Made by a program: the position numbers and the translations under genes. Below are positions 28,901 to 41,889 of a stretch of 64,000 nucleotides of DNA, piece by piece. Source of the stretch: Caecitellus pseudoparvulus. Lineage: Eukaryota; Protista; Bigyra: Bicosoecida. Location of the stretch: NCBI GenBank assembly GCA_965644315.1, contig CBFFRQ010000081.1:1-64000 (forward strand), written 5' to 3'. Each line of letters starts with the position of its first letter. The first letter of the stretch is position 1. The notes beneath the pieces were generated by a model, which was not told the origin of the DNA, did no database searches, and was given only the letters and a program-made list of their open reading frames with translations.

Positions 28901-29095
28901 ACTGCTAGTGTAAGGAACTGTAAAATGTAAGCCTGAGGGCATGCTGCTGCGCGGTCAAATAAATTTGGGGCCTCTGAGGGCAGAAACTGGGTGAACAGGC
29001 TTGCTGCCACACAAGTGACAATTCGGAATCACTCAAGTTTCGAGCAACCAAGACACCCAGCATCGCCAATAAGCATACTTTTCGAGCCACACTGG

Positions 29096-31780
29096 TTATA
29101 CCATTTCTACACTAAGGCTTCGACCGCTCCCTGCGGCGCCACCACGCATTTGCTGCTCTCCAACACTCTCCGGACTGCCAGAGGACGCAAGTTGGCCTGC
29201 TGGAGCCACATCTGCACCTTTAGCCTCTCCTTCTAGCTGAGCTTGGGCTGAAATTCCTGCCTGTTGCGCGCCGCCCAGGGCAGTGTGAGCGTATGGCGTG
29301 GCCTGCAGAGCAGGCAGGCCAGCACCCGAACCCGCTTTCGCAGTAGCAAGCAGCGAAATGCCTTGCGCGTCCTCTTCACACCCGTCGTAGAGGCTGACGT
29401 CAATGCGCCTTGCTTCAAGCTCAGGCTTCATCCCATCAACCAGGCGACGGAAGAGGGCCAGCATGCTGGGCTGCACCCCGCACACCTGCATCCTGCACCT
29501 GCAATGCTCTGTCGGGTGGTACACTCTGGAGAGCTCGACCCAGCCCACAATGCTCTCAAGCACGCTTGAGCAAGCGCGCGTCCCAGCTTCGATGACGCGT
29601 TCGCCATCAAGTTCAGCTGCCTTGCAGATGGAGGCGTACTGGTCCAGGCAGACTCCGCCCCTGAGTCTGGTTTCTGCTTCGAATCGCAGCACGAGCTCGC
29701 GGCTCGTTGGTGGGAGCAGGTCTATCCCAGGGGATGTGATGCCCATGAACGTCAGCGGTCGTGCCCGTTCGCTCGTACCATGAAGCCCCTTGATATTGCC
29801 GCCATCCTCCAACTCAACGCAAGCTGCAGCGGGCTTGGGAGACACGAGAAAGCGAGTTGGGGCGGTGGGCGATGGCGTCGTAGACACACTCGCTGCACGC
29901 TTCGCTTCTTCCTTAGCCTTTCGTTGAGCCTCCAGGTTTGCCTGGTGGACCGCTTCGCGCTCAGCTGAGATGGCAACGGTCTCATTGAACAGGCTCGTCG
30001 CGGAGCGCCCTGCCTGCACCACGACACAACTGAGAGGCACCATGCCCGGAAACATGACTGCTTCGATGGTCATAAGATCCTTCAGCCGACGTTTCGCATC
30101 CTTCGCCGCGTCAGTCCCGCCGTCTACAGCGGCAGCACCGTCAGCCCTGTCTTCCCTCAAGCGCTCAGCGAGGACTGCTCGCTGAACGTGGGTCCAGAAT
30201 CCGGGTTTGCCGTCGTCGCTTTCGAGCAATGGCTCTGGCTGATATTGTGCGATGAAGACTGAGAAATCTACAATGGTTTCAAACCTTTCCAGGGTTGACG
30301 CACATGTAAGGCCCCGAGCAAGCAATTCTGCTCCGCTCGGGCAAACGTAGCAGTGTGTCATGCACGTAGACCGGAGGTACTGCGAGTTGGCGATGCACTG
30401 CCCAAGCCGGTGGGCGGCCCGGGCTGACAAGAAAGCTAGCGGGAGGGAAAAGGAGTGCAGGCGATCGATGGAAATGAGCTGAGCAGTCCACCAGCCAGCC
30501 CATGCAGGGAATGTCTCGACCCGTAGCGGAAGGCCACCGGGCAGCTCGTCAACTTCTTCAACGCAAACGCCCTGGCGCTTCATCTTTTCGGTTTCTGTAT
30601 GCCCCTTCACAGCCACAAGGCGAGCCAAAGTCAAGTCCTTGTGGTATTTCACATCACTTCGGTGCCACCGTGCATCACGCTTCAAACCATCCCGTAGCTC
30701 TCCTGAACTGGAAAAAACGCTGTTGGCGCCGGTGATGGAGAGAGCCAGTGTCACGACATACTGTAGGAAAGTCTGATCTTCCACGGCCAGGGATGCGCTG
30801 TACGTGAGGTAGATGTTCAGTACAGCGGAGAAGAGGGACGTCAGCATGGACACAACCACGAGCGGGAGGCTGTCTTCCAAGATGCCGCTGGCTACGATGT
30901 ACAGCTGGAGAATGGACTGTGGAGCGCTCTCGAACACCGACTCCAACACCTTGCGAAGGTCTGGGTACCGGTGGAACACCGTGTAGTCATAGCACACCCC
31001 AGCTGGAAATACTACGCTCGTCAGGTCCAGCGCGGTCCCCACGATAGTGCCCTGCGGCAAGGACGTGCTGCAAGTGAGGGGAGCCTGGGTCGCGTACCTC
31101 GGGAAGAGCAGCAGATTCTTACAAAAACAGCCGCAAATGGAAGTTGGAGACATACGACTACGTACACAATGCAGGACGGTCTGTCGCAAATGAAGCAAGG
31201 AGTGGGTGCAAGGTGACTGCGCGACCGGTTGCATGGGTGCCCCCTGCACGCACAAACCCTCGCTCTGACCGAGCTGAGCTGCCTGAATCCCACCCGTAAA
31301 AAGGTAGCCAAAAATGGTGCTGGGCAGCAACCTGCGCACAGCTTGCAGTGGAGCAGATGTGGGGCGGACGGACGCAGCAACGGTTTGCGTTTCATCGCAG
31401 CAACACACATGAAAATTATGCCCAAGCTCATGGGTACAACCGCTCCCGCCGCAGCGAGCTGGGTGATGACCAAGATGTCACTGACAATGTCCCAGATAAA
31501 GAGCACCGCACCGAACAACTGGGTTGCGATGCTAAGGGTCCCATACGCGCATGGCTTTTGCTGGGCGTGGTGGGTGGAAACTTGCGTTTCATCTTTGCTG
31601 CGCCACCCTCCGAACGCTGAGTGCACGTACCACCTGAAAGGAAGTCATGGTGCGCTGCCACTTCCAAGCTGTGTATGCTGAGCCCTTTGGCGGGGGTATG
31701 TGTTGCATCAGCCTGATGTACAGGTCTGACGCTTCCTTCGCAGGAGGCTCATCCTTGCCATTCGCACCATCTTGCGACAT
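29096..31780 (-). CDS. XK-related (Xkr-like) multipass membrane protein with long C-terminal, possibly LRR-like, region; spliced
   Basis: WDIVSDILVI in a 5' exon and LESVFESAPQSILQLYIV, both typical of XK-related proteins; hydrophobic helices; exons in different frames. Confidence 0.65.
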
Positions 31781-32181
31781 GCTCAGGCACGTTCGTGGCG
31801 GGGCCTGCACAAGCAAGGATCAGGAGAAGGCGCCGGTCTTGAGTGCGATAGTCACAGGCTAGAGGTCCTGGCATGCGGCCACGGTAGCGCACAAGAAGAT
31901 TTTGCATTTGTTACACCCAGTGCTCAACAGTGCTGCAGTCCGGCTTGGTCGCCAGAGCACCGGCCAGATACGGTCGCTGCATATCTACCGTGCTGTGCCA
32001 GCTTGGTATCTCCACGAAGGCATGCTCCTGAGGTCAATCAGCAATGATGACATCACGCACGGCACGGGCTTGTCGTCTTGAGGCTGATTGGGCTCGCACC
32101 GCTGCTCGCCACGACTTTCGTCCCTTTTCGCACCCACTCTTGATGACCGAATCCTCCCTCACCAGAGTGGTGCCGCCCTTC

Positions 32182-35100
32182 TCAGAGTTGGCCGCGGTGC
32201 TTGCCCGCAGCAAGTATCCCCACTTTCGAAACAAACGCGGGTTCAAGTACGGGCTGCTCAACCTCCTGCCAGCCCATATTCGTTTCAGCAACGCAAGTCT
32301 CAAGCTGGGAGTGTTCCAGGGATTCACTGCGCTGCCGCACAGCCCCATCACTACGCCGCCGCTTTCCAGCAACAGTCCACTCACTAGGAGACTGGCCGCC
32401 AAACGCTGCCATCAGAAGGCTGACCCGCTGCCAGCACGTGGCCACAGCCCAAACGCGCTGCAAGCTTTCACAGCGCCCTTCTCTTGCCCTCGGAGAGAGG
32501 CCTAGCGCCCCGTGAGCAATCGCCACAGCGTGCCAAAGCCCGCCGAAAACGATGCTCACCCCCAAAGCAAGTGCAAGACACAAGAAGCCCACCACGATCA
32601 CCGTACTGGTGGCTTCCACGACCGACACAGCCCGCTCCTGGCCCGACTCCCCACGCAGCTCGAAATCCATCAACCCCAACATTGAATCCACCCACAAACT
32701 GGACTGGGACGCCACCGACAGCACATTCAACGAGCTCGACGTGTACGGCTGTGCCGCCACATGCAGCACCAGCCCGATGCCCAGCACACCTGACACCGCC
32801 GCCGCACGAGCGAAACGAGCCTGCACCGTCACCGCCAAAGCCAACAGCAGCACCTTCTGCAGCGTGATCAACAGCTCCCAATACCAGTACCCGCCACAGC
32901 ATGCGCCACGAGCCTGCACTCGGTACCCTTCGTACAGGAAGCCTGCAGCGTGCTGAAAGGCCCGCACATGCAGGCGTCGCCTGTTCAGGCGCAGGAAGAG
33001 CATAGCGCCGATGGGGGCGCCGAGCCCCACGAACACCAGACCAAGGCCTGCGAGGGCTCGAGCTGGTCCGAAGGTGGCGTCGAAGGAGCCGTGGCCAAGG
33101 CTGTGGCGGAACACGGTGAACCCAAAGACGGGGTCGGGAAAAGTGTCAAGGAACTTGATGAAAGACTCCACAACGCCAAAGTGGACGAAAAACAGGGCAA
33201 TGAGGGCTGTCCGGGTTGCGTATGCGGACAGCGGCAGAGCAACAGCTGGTGAGAATGTCGCTGCCCTGGACATCCAGCTGCGGGTTGGCCTGCCACGGGG
33301 CCCGATGTCCGTCCAGGTGCTGGACGTGTCACGGGCAGGTTGACTGTCACCTGTTCTGCTCGGGTCAATGGGTGGGGGGAGGAAATCCGATGCTGTGCGA
33401 GATCCACTGCAAACTGAAGAATCATCAGACTCGTGTGCATGCTCCGATATGTGCGACTGCAGCGCTTCTCCGGAGAAGCCGAGCGCCTCGGGGAAGGAAG
33501 GTGCTGCCCGACCTGAGGCAGGCAGAAGGTCATAGTCCATGCTGAACTGCGCCAAGTCAAGTGAGGCTTCGACGCCTTGGGGCTCGCGACCAGGCAACTG
33601 CAGACTGTCAGCGGGAGTTGCGTGCTCACCATAGGCGCCAGCGTCAGCAAAAGCTCCCCGTGGATCATCGCTCACCGCAGGCAAGATCAATCGTGCCCCA
33701 TGCTGTGTTCGAACTGGTTGACTGGCACATGGCTCAGCAGGGCCGCGCGCTCTCATCGGTGACACACCTTGCGCGCTCTGTAAAGCATGGCCGTGCTTGT
33801 CACCATCGGCGGAGACGCCAAGGAGGTGATGAACGGACAGTGAAACTTGAATGGGTTTCAGCGCATGCCTGGGAGCTACTGATTCTGCAGGGCAGCATGT
33901 TGCAGCCACACCGGACGCCCGAACGGCCCACAGTAACGCGAAAGGAAGCAGCACACACACTACCGGCAGCGCCAGCGCCACGTACAGCTCCTCGTAGAAA
34001 CCCAACCGCAGTCCACACTGCACGGCGGGACTCGAGGTCGAAAAGCCCTTCACCGCCACACCCAACGCTGACAGCACCCCGTCCAATGGCTTTGCCGGCG
34101 ACAGCCCCGCTGCACTCAACAGGGCTGCCACCTGGGCCCATGATGACACGACACGGAACACCGCAGCAGGGGGCGTACTCACACCCTGCCCAGACCGGTT
34201 CAACGTCAGGTACACCACGAACCCCAGCGCAATCACCATCGTCAGCACCGTCACTGCCACGTCGCTGCCGTCTCTCGGGCATGCTGTGCAAGGCGTGTCA
34301 GGGCCAGCCCGCCGCCACCCTGCCTCACACTCCCCACACATCGCCCCACGGTGCCCTTCCGCACACTGCACCACAGAGCCATTGGCGCGGCACACCGATG
34401 CAGGGGAACAAGGCAACATGGCACTGTCTGACGTCAAGGTCGGGCGCCCAGGCCCAGACCCCGCCACAGCAGCCAACACCCGACCCCCCCCTCTCAACCC
34501 GTACAGCGACCGGTACCCGCCCAGCAACGCCGGCGCAGCCGAAGCGAAACCTGACTGTGGCAGACACTCCTCACACCACACTCCACCCTGCAGCACCAGC
34601 TGCCCCCCCGCACACACAGCGCCTTCCTCGGGGCACTCGATGCACACTCGGCCATCTGGACCAGCGTACGTCCCTGCAGCACACTGCCGGCACACTGGAG
34701 CATCCAGCACAGTCCCAGCCCGCACTGTGCCAGGTGCACAGGCTTCGCACACCAGGCCAGTCTCTGACGCAGTCCCCTCTGCTGGGGTCTGGAAGCCCTC
34801 AGCACACTCGCACTGCATGGCACCTGGCGCCAGGCGCTGACTCGCGTCACACGCTGGTGGCACAACCACCACAGACACGACGCTGTCCCCACCCTGCCCT
34901 GGCACGCCATACCCGCCCAGGCGCACCCGCAGTGCAGCACTGCCCACACTGAGTGGGCGCAGCTCCAGGGACAGCATGCCGCCTTGGCCTGTCCCCAGGC
35001 TCACCGCCACTAGACAAGGCTGGCTCAAGCATGCCACAAGAGGCAGGCTGCGCAACATGCTGCCCCTGCCCACTGCATCAGACACGTCCAGGTACAGTGT

Positions 35101-38100
35101 GCGCCGCTCCACACTGGCGTCGGCGGCGATGACCAGTGACTGCCCGGTTCGTGACGGCAGCAAGACGTTGGATACCGCTGCCAGAGGCGGGCCAGGCGTC
35201 AAGGACATGTTCACGGGCACGCTCTGCTCATCGGCCAGGCTGCTGGGATCGGCCACGCTGCGTCCTAGCACCGTCAAACTGGCGGATGTCGCAGCATCGG
35301 CCCCCGAACCCCCTGCACACGCCCAGTCTGCGAACGTCTCCCACTGCAGCTCCCCACCTTCGCCCCCACCACACGTGTACCGGGCGTCCACAGACACCAC
35401 GGCCGAGTCGCCCCTTGCTCCCAACTCCAGCCCGCCGTCCACTGGCACGCCCACATGCCACGCACTATTCCCTGTGCTGCTCAGCTCCAACTCAGCACGC
35501 ACAGCTGTGGGCAGCAGGTTCACCAACAACACGCCCCGCCTCGCCCACCCCAGTCCAGCCACCCGCATGTCCACCTCGCTGGGCAACACAGCCAACACCG
35601 TCACCTGCATCACCACAGGCACGATCAAGGGGGCACCGCCACGCCGCCCGTCATTGCTGGACACGTGCAGCTGAGACCTGAACAGACCAGTGCGCGGCAC
35701 TGCCGTCGCATTCAGGCGCAGTGTCACGGCCCTCACACCTCCAGACGCTGTCACACCAGACGCAGACCCCACCAAGCCCACCCATGCCTGTGCATCGGGC
35801 AGGCTCACTGACCATGCCAACGGCGCTGTGCCTGTGTTCCGCACCAGCACCTGCACGGTGGACACGTCAGTCGGCGCCAAGGTCTGGTGCAAGGAAGCGG
35901 GCACCACACTCAACCGAGGCGCCTGCACCACCAGCGTGATGGGGATTGACACGCCCGGCACATCGGACACGCTGCGCCGACCAGGTAGCACAGGCACAGA
36001 GGATGATAGTGCCACCAGTGACACCACGCCTCGGTACGTGCCGCCTGCCAGCCCGCCAGGGGACAGCACCAAAGTCATGAACCGATCTCCTGACCCGATC
36101 GGCGCAGTCACTGCCGCCAGACCCACCCATGCCCCGCCACCCCCACGACCTACCACCGTCACAGACCACGTCACGTGTGCAGGGGCCTGCACAGGGATGC
36201 TGCGAGTCACCGGAGCCACAGCTGGCCCAGCTTGTGCCTCTACCTGCACAGCGCTCACTGTGCTGCGCAGGTATGGCAGCGGGGCTGGCGAGCGGGATGC
36301 ACTGGGCCGTGGCGGCGCACCTGCTGACTGACTCGGCAAAGGCGTGCTGGCCCCTGATGGCGTTGGCGCCGGGCTGGACGATGCACTGGGCACCACCAAT
36401 GGGGATGCACTGGGCGCTGCCACGCCGCCTGGTCGCACTGTCAACGGCACAGCCCCACTGCCCATGCTGACACCGGCAGCCACTACATCGACCACCACGT
36501 ACACTGTCACAGCGCTGTCTTGAGGCGGGGACGGCACACCACCGCCGCCATCGACGACCAGTGACACGTCCCAGTACTGTGTGCCGCCACCTCCGCCAAG
36601 TGCCGCGGCCTGCACAGCTGCCTTGACCCACGTGATCAGGGCAGAGCACAAGGCTGCCTGGCTGGTCAAGCCTGGGCACACGATGGACTGCACTGTCACG
36701 GTGGGCGCAGCTGTGCCAGCCCGGCTGAGGGCAATGGTGTCACTGCTGAGGGTAGTGCCTGCTTCAGTCCCTTGGGCTGTGGACCTGGAGCGGAGGAATG
36801 TGGTTTGAGGGGGCAGTCCAGGGACAGGGGTGGGTGTGACAGGAGACAGCCATGTGAGGGCGGGGGGAGAGGAGGATGAAGGTGAGGGGGTGGTCGAAGG
36901 AGGGGCAGAAGCAGTGCTGGATGGCGAAGGCGAGCGTGATTGAGAGGCACTCGGTGTGCCCGAGATCGAACTGGTGGCACTGCCAGTCACCGTGGTGCTC
37001 GTGCTGGGTGTGGGGCTCACCGCTGCAGTGCTCGTAGCTGTGCCTGAGGCCCCGCTTGTTGGAGTCCCACTGCTTGTGGAACTTTGAGAAGGTGAGCATG
37101 AAGCTGATGGTGAGTGCGAGGAAGTGGTGGAAGGCGATCTCGAGCTTGTTAAGGATGAAGAGGGGGTCGCGGATGCGGTCGCCGTCACGGAGGAAGTGGC
37201 CGACACGGACGCAGTTTGAGATGGCGTGCCCGTGCTCGTCATGGAAGGCGTACTGGTCGCTGAAGACGATGACGTGGGCGTGGGTGATCTTGTTTGGGAA
37301 GAAGTGCTTGCTGCAGAGGAAGTGGGCGTGAACGTCGGCGTTTCAGTCGACGAAGGAGTGGGAGTCACAGACGAGGAGGCAGTTGCTGACGTGCTTGGTG
37401 AAGAGTTCGAGGCCGCGCTTGCTGTTGGCGAGGCTGTTGTGCTTGCAGTCTGACTTGCTGTTGAAGTGGGTGTTGGCGACGAAGTCGGGGAAGAAGTCTC
37501 ACTCGGTGAGGGAGTAGCCGTAGAAGTTGCCGTGGGCGAGACGGTGCCAGACACAGACGGCGTGGGCGACGTGGTCGGTGTTGGACTTGGAGATGGTACG
37601 CACATATCCACTCCAACCGACGAAGTGGGCTTGAACAAGTCCACTCGTGGCTCGATGAACTGCCCCCTTCTGAACGAGTCATCACTGCGCAGGCCAGGCA
37701 CGGCCATCTCACAGATGTAGCGATGCAGGCTCGCACATGAAGTATCCTCCAGACTTCTGTCCTTCAACACCACACACTCTCCGTTAGAAGTCCCTGGGTC
37801 TGTGGGTGCACCACCTACGAAGCTGTTGAACTGGTGCTCTGGGGCTGTGGATCCAGTGCGCATGATTGTGCCATCTCCACGAGTGTACTCGTGCTCCCCA
37901 AGCACCGCCGCTGAGTATGTCAAGGATGTGAACCATTCAACGCTGTCCTCTCCCGTGACATGTTCTGCCCAATGCTCCACGCGATCAGCCTCAACACTCG
38001 AGCGCGGCGCCCACAGCATGGCAGTTTCTGATCCGCCCAAGCCCGGGTCTGAACATGTTGCAGCTGCAGCCGAACGGGAAACCGGACTGTTGAAGGCTTT

Positions 38101-41100
38101 GTAGCATTTGATCGTCGGCACGGAGGGATCCTCTTGCCGCGAAGAAACCATGCTCCAGCCGACTGGGCATGCTGTGTGGGCAGGAGCCTCGCAGGCTCCC
38201 GAGATTTTATCCCCACAAACCCAAGCTTGAAAGCCGGTATTCATGCTTCCACTCGCAGGCTTCTTGAAGGCGATGCACGGCTTTCCGGAAGTTGGCTGCC
38301 CACTATCGTACTTTGCGTACCACTGTGGCTGCCCTGAATCCCAGCGCATGTTGAGTGGGTCTGAGGAGTCGGAGCCGGGCAGCGCCGAGTATCCTGTGTG
38401 AAACAGCAAAGCAGCAGCTGGACCATTTGTGAGGAAGGCAGACACTGCAGAATACACGGGTAGCGTGTTCATGGAGACCAGGCCCGCTTCATCACTGAAC
38501 GAGAGGCAGTTCTTCTGAGCTCTCCGTTTCTTCCGACTCACATCTAGCTCCTCATAGCACTGCCTCATGTGTGTAAGTCCAAATGCTGGCCCGCAACCCT
38601 CCGATATCGCGCCGACTCCAGGCCGCAGCTCCGCCCAGTCCACCCCCGCTGGCCTCCAACACAGCCCCTTCCGATTGCCCCCGGCAGCCAACGTCACATC
38701 CCCACTTCCTGTGTCGAACACGCCCTGTCGGTTGGAGGTTGGAGAAGGCACATCTCCCACGTGTCCAGATGCAAACGGCACTCCCTCCACACTGTGCCGC
38801 CCCGCATGCAGCTCCACACCACTGCGAGGCGCACTCGCCTCCCCCACACCCACCCAGTACTCTGTGCTGGCAGGCAGAAAGTCCAACAGCCCCACAGTCA
38901 TGGCGTGGGTCGTGGGTGTCGCCAGCGTCGCGCCGTCGGCCAGACACACGTCCAGCGTGTCGCTCCAGCTCGCAGCGGAGGCTGTCGTGGCAATGCAGCC
39001 CTGCCTCCAGAACGCCCACGCGCCATCACACGCCTTGGCTGGCTCCACGCTGCACACAAAGGACGCATGGCTGTCTTCGTGCAGCGGCACCCACACAGGC
39101 CACTCGTCAGCCACTGCTGCCAGCCCGCCACTGCTGCTGTAGCCACATGAACTGCCTGGGCAGTGCGCTGGGTGGTGTGCATCCGACAACGCTGAGCCGT
39201 TGCTGGACCACACAAACTGGGTCCCGTCATCCTCCACGCCCAGCCACCATGCCGTCGTGTTCACGGCACTGCCCGAGTCAAAAGCTTCGGCTCGGCCCGT
39301 GGTCAGGGCGTGGTGGGCCAGGGCTGCATAGGGCAAGTTCAAGTTGGCCAGGTCTGTGCCGCCCCAGGCCTGGCACACCTTCCGGGCGTCAGCTAGAGAG
39401 CCAGAGAAGTCAGCCCGCCGCGGCTGTGCGAAGGTTGCCCCCCACTCCTCCAGCGCCTCAGCCTGCACGTCACTGGACAGCGCCCAGCACTGGCCCAGTA
39501 CCGGCCACCACCCCTGCGCACAGGCAAGCATGCCGCCCTCCCCCTCATACTCTGGCCGCAAACACACCACCCCCGCCGGCACATCCCCCACATTGCTCGC
39601 CTCCACACTGCTGCCATCCACAGCGGACACTTGCAGGTACGCTGCACCGACATCCCCGGCGCCATCGAAGGTCAGACTCCCAGTGGCCACACTGGCACCA
39701 GTGTGCCATGAAACAAAGCCCGTGTCCCCGTCCAATCGAGCTGCTGCCGTCCACACCGCCTTTGGTGCTCCGCTTTCGTGTGCAGGCAGCACGCCAAGCC
39801 GCAGCAGCGCACCGAACAGTCCACTCGCACCGGCCTCGTCAGCAGGCGGCAGCATGCCCTCCACGCTGTGGCACGCCTGCAGTGCGCGCTGCATGGACGC
39901 CACACCACTGGCCACATACCGTGCACACATGTGCTGGTCCTGCAGCCACACCCAGCCAGGGGCACACTTGCCGTGCACATCCCCCGTCCCCGCCCGCAGA
40001 GACTCACACACAGGCACGGCGGACGCAGCACAAGGCATGGGCTCCAGTCCGCCCCCATCCACCAGCCCCATGCACCGCTGGCAGTGCCACGGCGATGCAG
40101 GCGGCGACAGATTGCGCCCAAAGGGTGCTGCGCCGCTGTCAGCGCGCCAGCTCGCACCGTCGCCCGACACCCGCCACGCCCCAGTCCATAGATCGCCTGA
40201 GCCCATGGCAGTGCGCACCCACGCCACCTCCGCAGACGTGTGGGGCGTCCACAGTGTCCCTCCCTCGCTCGCACAGGCCGCCTGTGCGGCGGACCAGTCT
40301 GCTGCGCCACCTCCCGCGCTCCAGATGGGCTTGGGCAAGGCAGGCGAGCCTGGCACCTCCCACACTGCCACCGTCACCTGGCACAAAGCAGCCGATGCAG
40401 CAGAAGCATCTCCACAGCCTGTGAAGCAGTGTGCAGTGCAGGGAGTGAGTCAAGTCGCTTTAGCATCGCTGGGGGCAGGAGCACTGAAGCGGTCCCAGTC
40501 GTCACTCACGAGCGAAGTGCCACCTGTCTGAATCAGTGGGGTCCATGTAGAAGCAGTCCCCCTCAAACTCCCCTGATGTGCGCTCCCAGAAGGCGCCTGT
40601 GCCCAGAGCAGGCGTCACACTCTCGTAGTTGCTGTACCCTCGCCCAGAGGGGCTCGTCCCGTCAACCCACACGGGGTGGTCCTCTGTGACAGGCACGAAG
40701 CACAGAGCACAGTGCAGTTGAGCGGCAGCACAGCCAGCCCAGACTCCAACCAGGCCTGGCACAGAACACTACATGGCCTCTGCGTGCACGTACCAGTGCG
40801 GATGTCTGTCAGGCCCACCCACGCCTTGCTGACGACGAGGCTGGAGACAGCCGAGGCGGTGGAGCTGTCAGGGATGACGGCCAGGGTGGCGCCTGGCGCC
40901 TCTGCAGCACAAGCCGCCGACGCGTCATACCAAGTGGAGATGCCAGATGGAAGGAGCCTGAAGCAGCGAGAGCCAATAGTGGTCCACAACGTCGGGCATG
41001 CCGTCTGAGGGGCGCAGTGTACCTGGAAAGCTTGAGGCGGAGACATCACGTGTGGCGGTTCCAATCGCGTGCGCACTCTCTATCAGCTGCTGCGGCTTTC

Positions 41101-41250
41101 CGCGAGCAGCACGGCGTCTTTCAGGTGATCCTCCTCATAAGCTGTGCCCCTACAGGTAGTATCACGCCAAGCTCCACGTACCTGGGACAATAGGATGACG
41201 CCTGCAAGCCACCGCAGCTTGTGCGAGAGTGTTCTGCTCAGGTGCGGCAT
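32182..41250 (-). CDS. Giant cell-surface receptor-like protein: multiple C-type lectin domains, Ser/Thr mucin-like stalk, Ig-like region, Cys-rich repeats, multipass TM C-terminus; spliced at the 5' end
   Basis: Repeated C..GW....CY / W..A...C...G..L / WxG lectin motifs (also in ORFs 40502-41076); S/T/P-rich stalk at ~36850-37590; CxxCxxG repeats; FLYEGY..YWYWELL..KVLL TM block; possible signal exon MPHLSRTLSHKLRWLAGVILLSQ from 41250. Confidence 0.8.
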
Positions 41251-41889
41251 TTGGTAGGCGCTGCTTGCGAGCTCCCTTTGCCTCCCGCCTTCTAGTGCGT
41301 GAAGAGTCGTGTCCTCCGCACGTTACTGTGGAAAGCTTGAAGTATACAGTCTTGAGTATGTGAGGCTGCTATCAGCAGATTGAAGGCCACGCTCTGGGGG
41401 ACGTGCGAGGCCTCGCCAGTTCAAGCCAGCTGGCCGAGAGCTACGAAATGCTCGGCGGACACCCCACACTTGGAGGTGGTGGCGCGCACAGTGTTGTTGC
41501 CCCGCTCGCCTTGCAACCGCGATAAAGTTGCAAGCTACTGGAAACAATGTCTGTGCTCTGTGCGGGATTTGCTGTCTTGGTGCAATTTGGCCTGCTCCTT
41601 TCGACGCATGAAAGGCAGCCTGTTCGCTCGGGGCGCTGCCCGCTTTCAGCTGCTGGTGGGCCCAGCCCTCCTTGGAGCTGCAGGGCGACACAGGCCAAGA
41701 GAGGAGGGGAGGCGACAGCTCCTTCGTGCAACCTTCCGTGCAACACTCGTATTCTTGCCAGCCACATCAAGGCATGCACGAGCACGTGGCGGCTGCATTG
41801 AACCACAAGCGGCGTTCCTCTGCGCGCCAACCAGCAAGTAGGGATGGGGCAGGTTTTCTCCTGGGCAAAGATGTCAAAGTCAGTCCAGA

